From assembly GCA_951804945.1 (NCBI GenBank), contig OX638153.1, forward strand, positions 20,584,001 to 20,648,000: 64,000 nt of DNA. Direction: 5' to 3'. The DNA is from Podarcis cretensis. Taxonomy: Eukaryota. How positions within the stretch are numbered: the first letter of the stretch is position 1; each line of letters begins with the position of its first letter. The notes under the pieces were generated by a model. It saw nothing but the letters and a program-made list of their open reading frames with translations. It made no database searches and was not told the DNA's origin. Of this stretch, positions 47,057 to 59,193 are shown one piece after another. A program made the position numbers and the translations under genes.

Positions 47057-48553
47057 ATCTAGTTACCCCATTAGAAAATGAAGTATTTTGAAGCACATTA
47101 GATTCTTTGAAACTTTTCTTCTTTCTCTGGGTAAACTTTGTAGAGTTTCTCTACTGCTTGCACCTGCATGTTAGCAAAGATTTTTAATATGAGATACAGA
47201 GAAAGTCAATAGTTATTTGTTTATACATTTCATTGTACACACCATACTTCTGCTGCAGAATTGATTTAAAGCTGGTGGTGATTGGTTGTCTATGAATGGT
47301 AGAGAGAATTTTTGCAAAATTGCTTGCAACAGGAAGTTAGCGTTCAGGTTCTTCTGATGCACCCGAAGTGCAATAAAAAGGACTTGTGACACCTTGATTT
47401 CAGTTGATTGGGAGGAAATGATATGCCACAGAAATACAATAGATAGAAAGAAGTGTTCTTGAAAGTGTAAAAAGATGGATGCAGCTTGTTCCTCCATCTC
47501 AGATTGCTCATGACAGAGTGTGATTCTTTAATCTCTTTCACTCCGTGGAAGCTAATATGTGGCCATAAATCACACACATCAACTTCTCGAGGAATAAAAC
47601 ACTCTTTTTCCCAATGAACATTGGACCACGACCCTGAACTATTTAAGAAGAAATGCATGCTTTCATACACAGAGGTTTAACATGGCCATGTTGGCCGTGA
47701 CTCATTCTTCATTTAAGGCTATGATCCTGACCCATTCTTCATTTTGCATCATTTGTTGAAATGGTGTACCTGCCACCTTTTAAAAAGTTAAATTAGGAGA
47801 AGCCTAGCTGAATGAATTTTCAATACCCAGAACTCCTATGTTTTCCACTCTAAGCACTGACAATCTGGTACCAATTTCATGCACATATGTGCAGTTGTAT
47901 TAGTGGAATCAGCTTAGCATAAAGTGAGTGATGGAATATGCATTCTACACGCTCTTAGAAGCTGTGCAGAAACTGCAGCTGGGGAGATGTGTGAAAAACT
48001 AGCTCCATGTTTTCAGATTAAGTTTTCTATAGCGCCAGTCATAGGCAAATGGAATTAAGTTGATTTGTTAAGTTTGTAGGATTCTAGGGAGGGTGTTCAT
48101 TCTCACAAGAGTTGGTGAACCACATTAGTGGTTTTTTGCAGCGAGCCTTAAGGAGTGGCTCATCCTCCTGATGACTTTATGAAATGCACCTGCAATTTAG
48201 ACACAACATGCAGAATTTGCAAACATACTAACTATAATGTTTGCTAAGTCTACTGTGTGCCTCACAAGGCAAGGTCCTGCATTTTCCAAGTAATGCTGGA
48301 GACAGATTTGAGTAACTGCTGGTTTGCAGTTTGCTAAGGGTGAGTAACCATTGCCTCTTTGCTCTAGTATTTCTTACTGCAACCCAAGATCGTTTTGCTG
48401 CAGGCAGAGTCTAATTTAGTTAAGTGAGCATAAAATCTCCCATGTTCCATTTTAAGAGTGTTAGAAGCAGCAGGCTAGGCTTCCCCATTGCCCAGCAACA
48501 CATTTTTCTTAACCATTTCTTGCATAAGAACCAGCTAGAGGATGGGTTCACAT

Positions 48554-48690
48554 TAGGGTTGCCATACGTCCTCTGCTTCCAGGACACATCCTCTTTATCA
48601 TGGGCAGAGTCATCATCACAATCCATAGCTAAAAGTAGAAGTTGGCAAATGTCTCCTCTTTTTTTTGCTCTTCAAAATATGGCAAACCCA
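48554..48690. mobile_element. hAT-Tip100-like MITE remnant
   Basis: TAGGGTTGCCATA...TATGGCAAACCCA inverted ends. Confidence 0.5.
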
Positions 48691-49411
48691 GAGATGAACA
48701 CAAATGCCTGCTCACTACCATGTGGGTTTTAGTTTGTCTTTAAAAATGCTATTATACCTCTATTGCCACCCACAGCTATATAGTGCAGTTGCAGCCCTGC
48801 CAACAGGTAAACAATACCTGTTTTCTGCTTACTAAGCAATATTTGAAATTTGAGGGTTACATTCTGAGTGTATATACTTTCAGTGAGTAAAAGCTAAAAT
48901 TTTGTTTTGTGGAAAAATGCAGCTTTGTTGGGGATGAATCCGCACAGTAAATATTGACACAATAGAACCGGTTTTATATTCTAATCATGATATCATCCTC
49001 CACTGTTTTCAGAGACGGAAAAAGCAAAGACACATCAAACATTTGAATTAGTAGAGATGTGTTTTGTAGATATTTTGCGGCAGATGGTACATCTCAATTA
49101 GGGAAGCATGTTTTCAGATTGCCGTATTCTAATGCATTTTAAAAATTATATCCCATTCTGGGGGAAGATCAGAGAGGCAACAAAAACCGTGATTGCCAGA
49201 ATTAACAGGGCTTTTTGGCTTTCAGAGATCAAAAGGATCATTACACTTAATGGTGCATGTGTAGTAAATGCTATTCAGGAGTTGAAAATAAGCTCACTAA
49301 TTCGTTTTCAAATTCTTGTCATATCAGACTGGTCTTGTGACGAAAAATAAAATCAGTTCCGGTGCTTGGAAAACTGACAGCTGCAATTAATATTGTGTGT
49401 TCTCTCTGCAG

Positions 49412-49538
49412 AGGTTACCTGGGCCCTGGGGGGATAGGAGATGATGGAAAATACCCCAACTGTACTGGCGGTGCAGCAGGGTACATTGATAAGTTGGTGC
49501 TTGGAGAGGACCACATATATCGCTACCCTACATGTAAG
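49412..49538 (+). CDS. HGSNAT: HGSNAT-like exon (equivalent to exon 13)
   Basis: tctctgcag|...|gtaat, 127 bp. Encodes [42 protein letters not shown]. Confidence 0.95.
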
Positions 49539-49998
49539 GTAATTGATTATCTGCAGGGCTGGCTTGGTGAAGTGTTTGTAAGTGCTGGGCTTATCTGGCC
49601 TTTGGCTTTTATATGATAACATCGCTTAGCCATTGCCTTCCTTCTCCTGTCAGACATTAGCCAGGTGCAGCCAAACAAAAGGAAGACTTATTGTGGCACC
49701 GTTATCATACTGATTTCCCCCCCTCACCCCCAGAGGATAGAAGAAATCTAGTGTGAAAGCAGTGTTAAGGTTTGACAGCCAGGAGTTTCAGAGTCAAGTT
49801 CACAAGCAATCTCAGCTCTTTGGGATTTATCTTTGCATATAATAGTATAAGAAACACCACAATTTAGCTGGACAAATGCTCTCAGTCTGTCCTGTCTCTA
49901 ATCCAGATGTTTCAGGAAGTGTTAATACCTCTGTGTATTAAGAACATTTTGACAGAGCATTAATTCCTGGTTTCTAGAAAAGGATCTCCTTTTAAATA

Positions 49999-50229
49999 CA
50001 CTGGTACCTCGGGTTAAGAACTTAATTCGTTCTGGAGGTCTGTTCTTAACCTGAAACAGTTCTTAACCTGAGGTACCACTTTAGCTAATGGGGCCTCCCG
50101 TTGCTGCTGTGCGATTTCTGTTCTCATCCTGAAGCAAAGTTCTTAACACGAGGTACTATTTCTGGGTTAGTGAAGTCTGTAACCTAAAGCGTCTGTAACA
50201 TGAAGCATCTGTAACCCGAGGTACCACTG
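49999..50229. mobile_element. Tigger/pogo-like MITE (copy 3 of 3, opposite orientation)
   Basis: Same TIR and TA TSD; body is the reverse complement of copies 1 and 2. Confidence 0.88.
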
Positions 50230-50559
50230 TATAATTTTCAAGTTGCTGGATATATAGATCAGGCGTTTCTAATTTCTGTATCCTTGAAGGGCCTCTGTAA
50301 TCTTCAGAGAGTCACCCAGTGTCTAAAAGTGTATTTTGTTGCACGAAGCAACTTACCATACTTAACAGCAGTTCTGTGCTCCATAGTAAGAAGCTGGCAT
50401 CATCTAGCACCTTCCAGTGTTCAGCATTTTATATACATTTGCACATGACATACAAAATCCAAAAGGGAGCTGGGACATTGAAAAGTGGAGCACCTGCCTT
50501 GCAAACATTTATCTTTTTCTGAAAAGTGAAGTTGTGCGTGAGCTTTTTGCTTTCCCCCC

Positions 50560-50738
50560 TTCAGTGATAGAACATCTGCTTTGCATGCAGAATGTCCTCG
50601 ATTGAATCCGCGGCATCTCCAGGTGGTGGTCAGAATGTCCTCTGTCTGAACCCTGGATTGCTGCTGCCATTCAATTTAAGTAATGGTGTGCTAGATGGAC
50701 CCATAGCCTAACTCAGTATAAGACAGTTTCCTATGTCT
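50560..50738 (+). mobile_element. Degenerate tRNA-derived squamate SINE (Squam3-like)
   Basis: CAGTGATAGAACATCTGCTTTGCATGCAGAA...GCTAGATGGACC...CTCAGTATAAGACAGTTTCCTATG; related minus-strand copies at about 7270-7425, 37300-37400 and 55960-56110. Confidence 0.5.
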
Positions 50739-50763
50739 TGCTTAGAATTTAGGAGGACTGTTA

Positions 50764-51132
50764 AAGGTAAAGGTAAAGGTACCCCTGCCCGTACGGGCCA
50801 GTCTTGACAGACTCTGGGGTTGTGCGCCCATCTCACTTAAGAGGCCAGGTGTCAGCGCTGTCCGGAGACACTTCCGGGTCACGTGGCCAGTGTGACATCG
50901 CTGCTCTGGCAAGCCAGAGCCGCACACGGAAACGCCGTTTACCTTCCCGCTGGTAAGCGGTCCCTATTTATCTACTTGCACCCGGAGGTGCTTTCGAACT
51001 GCTAGGTTGGCAGGCACTGGGACCGAGCAGCGGGAGCGCACCCCGCCGCAGGGATTCGAACCGCCGACCTTTCGATTGGCAAGTCCTAGGCGCTGAGGCT
51101 TTAACCCACAGCGCCACCTGCGTCCCCCATGG
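50764..51132 (-). mobile_element. Sauria SINE (subfamily B)
   Basis: (AGGTAA)n tail; 13-bp TSD AGGAGGACTGTTA at 50751-50763 and 51133-51145. Confidence 0.92.
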
Positions 51133-53432
51133 AGGAGGACTGTTAGAGGCCCGTTAAAATCCTCTTGATGGCTGTATGTGGCTTAGCAGTCTACCAGCTG
51201 GCCATTTTTGAATAGACAGAAGAAGAAAGCAAACTAGCATGTCAAACACAGTGGTGTTTAGATCTGTCATTGGGTGCCTTGTCTACAAACAGAACTACTG
51301 GCACTGGCAATAAAATGCTTTCTATCTGATACTTTGGAGGCCTTAGACAGCAACTAGTTTTCTTAAGAGGGTCAGGGCGCAGGCTAATGAGTTACCAGTT
51401 TTCCCATAAAGTGGCTGCAGTAAGCCCATCCCTTCCTCTGCCGTTCTGATGAGGCAGTTGGCTTCTGGAATGCTGAAGGAACGCCGTTGCTGCGGTGATG
51501 CTAGGAACAGGAGTGGCAGACGGACAGAAGTAAAGACAGTTGTGGGAAGAAAGCAGGCAGTGAAAGGAGGCTGAGTGGCAGCGTGGGACTAAGAGCCTAA
51601 CCCGGTGACAATGCTATGCTGGCAACTCTCACAAACTACATTGGCTGCTCTCTCCATGTTCCTTTTTAACCTCTGGATTGGCAAGTCAGAGAGGCTAGGT
51701 TCGCCTCAAGGACAGCTATTCAACAGTTCTTACTGTCAGAAAATTGTAGATTTTTAGTTCTGTATACATTTTTGCTCAATTGCTCTGTGGAATGATTTAG
51801 ATGGCTATGCACTAAAAGGCAGCGAAGTACAGTAAAATTCTAGGTATATAAGGATCAGGGAGCAATAGGAAGCTCTGGGAAGTTTGTTGGTCTTGAATCT
51901 CCAAGCGGGCTGACTTTTCACAACCCTGTATCAGAACAGTGGCCCATCTAGTTCAGAATATTTATTAATCCTGGCTAGCAGTGGGTCCCAAAATTGTCCC
52001 CCCCATCTGATATCCTTTAACTGCCAGTGCCACAGAATTGGCCAAGGACCCAATATCAGGCAAGGATGTGCTCTTGGTGAAAATCAATCAGTATTTTAGT
52101 GCAAAATTTTTCTCTCTCTTTGCAATTTTGCTTAATATGCAGATTTTTGCAAAGCAATTTCCCTAATATAGTGCACCCACCCTGTTATTTTCACTAATAC
52201 ATGTATCTTATGCACACTTTTCTGGCGTACATGTGTTTTTATACATGTTACTTGCATGTGTGCAATGATTTGAGATCAGTAAAGCTGGAAAGACTTGAGA
52301 GGGGACCTCTTTTTCCTCATTCCCTGCTTTTAGTTGACACTTCTCCCCGCCAAAAACCCCCCATAACTGGTATTGTCAAAATTTCTGCAAAAGTAGATAC
52401 ACAATCTTAGTTTGAAATCTTACTGAATTCTGAATATTCATGGCATCTCTACGAGCTGGTGATCTGTAGTGTCCAGCAGTAGCATAAGGCAAATTTTGCT
52501 GTGTCCAATAAATATATAATGAAGTTGAAATATATAATAGTAGAGTGTTCCCTCATTATGGATGGATGGATGCTGCAGATTGTCAGCTTCCCATATAGCT
52601 GCTGTAAACCTCCCAAGAGTTTAAAAACACTTTGTGAAAAAAGCTGACTGGTAACCACCACATGTCTCAAATCTGTAACTAGCCTGCCATTTCTATGGGC
52701 AACTTGTTGAGGCTTCTGTGATTATTATTATTATTATTATTCACATAATTTCTATACCGTTTTATATGTTATGTTCTTAACCACAATGCTATATGAACTG
52801 CTATCAGTGTTACAGATTTATGTGATGCCTGCTTATTCCTAATGTTATTGTTTTTGTTATTGCTTCAAAATAAATCGGGGGAGGGGGGATGAAATGAAGT
52901 GAACAATTATATAACATCTGTATTTGTATAATCGCTTCAGAGAAAAGATTTGGATCAGCAGCGAACATTGGGGTCTCAAATTTCAGGGGTGCGCTGTGCC
53001 ACACCAAAATTCATCCACCGCCCACCTCTCATACCCCATTTTAAATCATAGTTGTGGTGTCCCTTGCAGCCCCCCCCCCAGGGCCCAGGCCCAGTGCAAC
53101 CAAACTGGTTGCGCTTCCCTAAATCTGCCTCTGTTTGGATGTCTTTGGTATAGAAATGGTAATTTATTTTAAAAAGGGAGTTACATTTTTCTGGCACAGG
53201 ATAAATGAACAAATGAGCCGGCTGCCTCTGAACTTCTTGCATTAATGACTGTGTTTGATTCAATGAATAGATATGCATATTTAAGGAAGTGAGACAATTT
53301 GGATGTATGCCACATTGTCTTATGTGGCCAACATTTATTTTGTGACCTGTAATATTGTAAATTGAGAGGCTGCCTGCTGTTTTAGATCTTGGGAGTTTTG
53401 AGTAACCAAAGCAATGTTTTCTTTCCTGTTAG

Positions 53433-53519
53433 GAGCTGTACAAAACCACTCAACCTTTTGATCCTGAAGGCATTTTGGGTACAATCAACTCCATTCTGAT
53501 GGCTTTCTTTGGACTTCAG
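53433..53519 (+). CDS. HGSNAT: HGSNAT-like exon (equivalent to exon 14)
   Basis: cctgttag|...|gtaat, 87 bp. Encodes [29 protein letters not shown] (DPEG motif). Confidence 0.94.
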
Positions 53520-54386
53520 GTAATTTGACGTGTTAAAAGTGCTGTGGTCAATGCACTGTACACACGAGGTTCTTTTGGATTCACATGACCAGATTTTCCT
53601 CATCTCACACAGTAGCAGCCATGGGCAGCTGGGTTGTGAGAAGGTACACTCTACACTGTAGAATGGATGCCTCCCTTAGCTTTGTTGGTGTGTGTGATGG
53701 GCAAGGGACAGTAATAGGACCAGTTTGCAGAGCTATTTGAAGCCACCAGCTGGTTATGGAACAATGGAGGAAGGGCAGGTACATGGAACAATATTGTTCA
53801 CCAGAGACAAACTGCACATGATGGATGTGCAGTCAGGTGGATGTGACCCCTACGTTTTTACTCATAGCCACAGTAAAAAGCAGCAGTCTGTTCCAGATGT
53901 TCATGCTGAGAGGAAGGGGCTGCTTATCCCGTTACCTGTGGGTGTTTGATCTCATTAAAATTATCCTGTCTTGAACTGTCCCCCACCCCCCATTGGATGG
54001 ATACTCATCTCTTCCCTGCATGGAGCAAAAGGCAATTCAGATGGGGGAAAGTAACAAATTCCACCATCCTGCTAGCCCTCCACACTCATGTACTTCCCAC
54101 AGCTGCTTCGGGTATTTTTAAAAAAATACATTTGGGAAAAAAACAATTACTTGGCTGAGCATCATATGTAGCTTGACGCTTGAAAAGCATATCCCCCAGT
54201 GAAGAGATGATGGTACACTCTGTTCCCGCTATTGCATTCCCTAGGAATGAAATCTGTCTCAATGTTGTGTCAGAACCAGACCAGAGGCCAAAGGGATTTA
54301 TCTATTAGTCTGATGTCGGAAAGTGGTTCTGAAAGGGGATCATCCTCAGGCACATCAGTAGAACTTTATGTGGGGGACAGTTATGA

Positions 54387-54420
<34 letters not shown>

Positions 54421-54612
54421 GTAGTAGTAGTAGTAGTAGTAGTAATAGTAATACCCTACCCATCTAGCTGGGTTGCCCCAGCCGCTCTCGGTGGCTTCCA
54501 ACACATATAAAAACGTCAAACATTAAAAACTTTCTGATACAGATACCTTCAGATGTGTTCAGATGTGTTCTGAAAGTTTTGTAGTTCTTTATCTCCTTGA
54601 CTTCTGATAGGA
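54387..54612 (-). mobile_element. L2 3' tail fragment with a compound (ATA)n(GTA)n tail
   Basis: CCCATCTAGCTGGGTTGCCCCAGCCGCTCTCGGTGGCTTCC matches 29862-29902. Confidence 0.8.
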
Positions 54613-54941
54613 TGGCAACACTTTTCCTCTATAGGAGTGGTGTTTTTTAATGTACCCTAAATATGTTTCTTTGTTTTTCTGTCCCATCTTTCCTCAAATA
54701 GAGAGCAGCTCCCATGGAATTTCCTAGTAGACCCCCATCTGTATACTACTAGCCAGATTCAGACTTGTGGTGTTGAACTTCAACAATGGAATACCGCATG
54801 TTATTCTTTGGGTCCAGAAATGTTGATGTTGAAAGAAAGATCTGCAGGCAGGAATCTGCAATTATTTAGCATCCTGCTTTTGAGTCTTTCCTGCATAATC
54901 CTTGTGGATTTTTTCACTGCAGGGCAACATTTTCCATATGG

Positions 54942-55102
54942 CAAAAGCAACCAAGAGTCCTGCAGCTCTGTAAAGACCGACCAATTGATGGTGGCATAAG
55001 CTTTCCTGGACCAGAGTCCATTTCATCAGATGCCACAATCAATTTGTTCATCTCTAAGGTGCTGCAAGACTCTTGGTTGCTTTTGTTGCGATGGACTAAC
55101 AC
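54942..55102 (-). mobile_element. Older palindromic Penelope-like remnant with a degenerate hammerhead motif
   Basis: Imperfect arms CAAAAGCAACCAAGAGTC...GACTCTTGGTTGCTTTTG; minus strand 55036-54991 reads GUGGCAU-CUGAUGA-AA-UGGAC(UCUG)GUCCA-G-GAAA-GC-UU-AUGCCAC. Confidence 0.7.
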
Positions 55103-57391
55103 AATTAGTCCCTCTAGAAATATTTTATATGTCCAGTTCTCTGTGTAAGACACAAAGTTGCATCAGAAACAGCTTGTGTGGACCTTTTCACTTTGTGACC
55201 CTCCTGTCCCTTAATATTGCCTGTGAAGTGACTTTATGAGAAAAAAGAGGCCCAGCCATTTTGTGTATAAGCCCATAATGGATCAATAACAGAGAGTTGT
55301 TTTTTTGTTTTGTTTTTTTAAAAAAGGAGAGCAAGAAATCTTGTTTCTTTTTAGCATTTTTAAAAAAGATATTAATTTGTTTAGCAGATGCTGCACATCA
55401 TGAGAACATGAAGTAAACCGAGTAAAAAGCACGGCCTCTTTTGTATGAGATGTTTAAGAAAATTGGGTGTTTCGTAAATACATGGAAAAGCTGCTTTTTA
55501 AAGGCGTCTTTTATGGCTCCCTTGGTCAGAGGATAGTTACCCGTAGAATTTTGAAACCCAAAGCTCATTACAACTTTATGGGACTCTTGTTTCCTAATTT
55601 TATGAGCACAGTTAATTCTCAGGCTTCTATGAGGTGTCAGGTCTGTCAGCTGGGAGAGGCAGAGGGAGGATTACCAAACAAGTCTGAGAGGCTCGTTCCC
55701 CCACAATGTTCCTCACTGGCTCTCAGGACCCTTTCAGCGGAGTCCTCCTTCAGGACAGCTGCTGCCTGACATCATGGTGCAGGCTAGAATTCCCTGCAGA
55801 TGTTTGCTGTGTAATTTGCTGAGAGTGGTTTTTGAAACCAGCCGGGTATTGAGACTTCGGTCTTAACCAATTATTGCTCTTAAAGGAAGAGCTTTTCAAA
55901 GCTGATCAGCTTCCATGAGTCAAGTGAGGGAAAGGTACATATGAGATCTGCAGGAATGAAAAATAGTGACATACACAATGTGGGACCATTTGTCTGTTTT
56001 TGGCTCTTCGTAATTTCTACTCTGACTGGCAGTGGCTCTTCAGAGTTTGAAACAGAGTCATTCTCTGGAGTCATTCTGAGCCTGCCAAACTTTTGCCCTG
56101 ATCCTGCTATGTTTGTGTACAATAGGTTGTGTGCCTGTAACTCACAGATCATTGTTATGGTGCTGATCAGCTATTCAGGGTTGTAAGTCACTGTGGGTTG
56201 ACCAGGGCAAGATAAAATGACTAACAAATTTAATAAATAATAATAATAATAATTCAGGGAAGGAGCAGGCAGAGTGACAGTAACCAAGCCTCCACTTTCA
56301 AACAGCTTATTGAATCTCTCCCCAGTTTTCTGATTAGAGTTGGTTCAGAAAAGAAACCTTACATGTAACTGGTTTCACGCTTCTCCTTTGCCTACTTCTG
56401 TACTACACACGCTCTATAGATGTCTCTAGGTCTGCATGACTGATACAGTGCAAATGCTTATTTAGTGCTCCTGAGGAATATTTTTTATCTAATAATGGTG
56501 AGATTTTTTCCATTTGGTGGTTGTACTGATTTCTCCTTCTTTCTGAAGGTAATTAGGCCCTTTTTATTCTGCCTGCACTCAGTTCTCTGACTGTTATGGC
56601 TGAACTGTTAAGAATCTGCTCTTGATATTTGCAAATTTTGTAGTGCAGCAAATTTCTGCAATCCCTATTCAGTGATAAAGATGGTGAGATGTGTTGAAAA
56701 CTCTCTAATGGATAGCACTCACTTAGCCAATGCTTGTGGGGTGGCTCTGTGGGACATTTCCCTTATTTAGCCGTTTAAGTTATCTGGGGAGTATTCCATA
56801 GTAACGCTTATATTTTTTGTGCTTTGGCTGGGCCTCTATAAAGCATTGTAAAGTGTTAATGGTGAAAACATGTGCATTAAACATCCCAGTTTAGGTGTTT
56901 TATTTTTGTTCTCCTACATGTCATGCCTTCTTTCCAATGTTTTAGCTCCTGCTGGAATCAGTAAGGTAAAATAAGCTTCACTTTGACTGCTTAAATCCTC
57001 TTATTCCTAAAGAAACAGCTGCACAGTTGGTGATCATGTCCTGACCTACTGTGGCAGCAAACCTCACTGTTAATGACAGAGACCACCTCCTGGTGATAAT
57101 CATTACTAGTGCAGCACAGTTATTTGCTCTCTATTCCAGCAGAAGACTGTGGGCAGGCACAGATGTAGCGTTAGGGCTCTCTTAACAGCTTCCCTGCTGC
57201 ATTAGAGGGGCAAGATGTGTGCTTTGTATGTTGGTGTTAGTATTCTGTTCCACTAGCCCCCACCCCAACAGTATTCATGTATTGGCGATGCTGTTCTATG
57301 GTATCTCCATTGCCACTTGTAGGGTCACCTGCCTCAGTCTCACCTGCCTCAGATGTAATGGAGATATAGAGTTGGGTACCATCTCCATTAC

Positions 57392-57741
57392 GGGATGCGG
57401 GTGGCACTGTGGGTTAAACCACAGAGCCTAGGACTTGCCGATCAGAAGGTTGGCAGTTCAAATCCCCATGACGGGGTGAGCTCCCGTTGCTCGGCCCCTG
57501 CTCCTGCCAACCTAGCAGTTCGAAAGCACATCAGAGCGCAAGTAGATAAATAGGTACCACTCTGGCAGGAAGGTAAACAGCGTTTCTGTGTGCTGCTCTG
57601 GTTCACCAGAAGTGGCTTGGTCATGCTGGCCACATGACCTGGAAGCTGTACGCCGGCTCCCTCGGCCAATAAAGCGAGATGAGCACCACAACCCCAGAGT
57701 CAGTCACGACTGGACCTAATGGTCAGGGGTCCCTTTACCTT
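57392..57741 (+). mobile_element. Sauria SINE (subfamily A)
   Basis: Full head to CCTTTACCTT tail; 15-bp TSD TACCATCTCCATTAC at 57377-57391 and 57742-57756. Confidence 0.92.
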
Positions 57742-57745
57742 TACC

Positions 57746-57975
57746 ATCTCCATTACATCTGAGGCAGGTGAGGCTGTGCAAGCCCTGGGCTGGAGTCTGG
57801 GTACCATGGTGGGCTGGATGAGGGTGAGTAAATTGAGCTTGAATCCTGGAAAGATGGAGGCCCTGTGGTGGTGGTTCCTATGTCTGGGAAATAAGCCAAT
57901 TGCACTCCCTCTGAAGGAGCAGGTCTGTTGCTTGGGGATGCTCCTTGATCCATCTTTGACAACCAGGGGCCCAAG
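57746..57975 (+). mobile_element. Old L2 RT fragment
   Basis: ISITSEAGEAVQALGWSLGTMVGWMRVSKLSLNPGKMEAL...LPLKEQVCCLGMLLDPSL aligns with the post-YADD region of the L2 ORF. Confidence 0.8.
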
Positions 57976-57993
57976 TGACCTCTATGAATAGGA

Positions 57994-58360
57994 GTAAAGG
58001 TAAAGGTAAAGGGACCCCTGACCATTAGGTCCAGTCACGGATGACTCTGGGGTTGCGTGCTCATCTAGCTCTATAGGCCGAGGGAGCCAGCGTTTGTCCA
58101 CAGACAGCTTCCGGGTCATGTGGCCAGCATGACTAAGCCACTTCTGGTGAACCAGAGCAGTGCACAGAAATGCCGTTTACCTTCCCACCGGAGCGGTACA
58201 CCTATTTATCTATTTGCACTTTGATGTGCTTTTGAACTGCTAGGTGGGCAGGAGCAGGGACTGAACAATGGGAGCTCACCCCATCACGGGGATTCGAACC
58301 GCTGACCTTCTGATTGGCAAGCCCTAGGCTCTATGGTTTACGCCACAGCACCACCCACGT
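57994..58360 (-). mobile_element. Sauria SINE (subfamily A)
   Basis: (GTAAAG)n tail; body matches the reverse complement of 57392-57741. Confidence 0.88.
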
Positions 58361-59193
58361 GCACCTTCTTTAAAAACCTCACTAGCTGATAGGGAAGTAC
58401 TTATGGGTTCAGCAGCATTGTGATCATGCAAGTCAACTTTCAGTTCACTACAGCACGCTAGTATTAATTTGATACCTTGTTGTTTCCAGAGAGATGAAAT
58501 CTCAATTTTTAGCTAAATCTGCAGCCTTCAAATCCATTTCTTTTCCAGAGAAGCTGTCCTGATGTCAGTAGGAAATATTCAGGAATAATGAAGTTGGATG
58601 AATTTGTTCCTCTAGGAAATATTTTTTTAAAAATGTATGCCCCCATCAGCTGCAGTCAAGTGGCATTTGTTCTGCCAATATTATTTAGATGGTGGTATAA
58701 TTTTTCGACAACTAAGCAGGCAGAAACTTTCACTCACACTCCCCAAGCATAAAAATTGGGGTTGTTATTAATGCATATGGAAAATTAGTTTTGGAAAGGA
58801 GAATTTTCCCACACTTCTGAATAGCTGTTGAGTGAAAACTGCTGATTAACAGAACACAGCCTCATTGCCACTTCAGCTTTGCCAATTGCCATGACTGTAA
58901 TATTGTCTTCCCACCAACAGTAAAATAAAATTCCCATCAGCTACAGCCAGGGCAATGTTTGGTCCCATATGCTGTGCTCTTCAATAAGCAGAAATCTGCC
59001 TTCATAAAAACAGTAAGGCAGTCCAAATCCAGGCCTGGATCACATCATTCACTCAGGACAAAATAGTCAATCTAATCAGTTTTGCCTCTGATACCCAAAC
59101 TAGTTGAATGATGATTTTCAGTTCTACAAATCCTACTGCAAGTCATAAATTGTGGGGAAAGGTTTCTACTAGTGAGAAACATACTGGGCTGGA

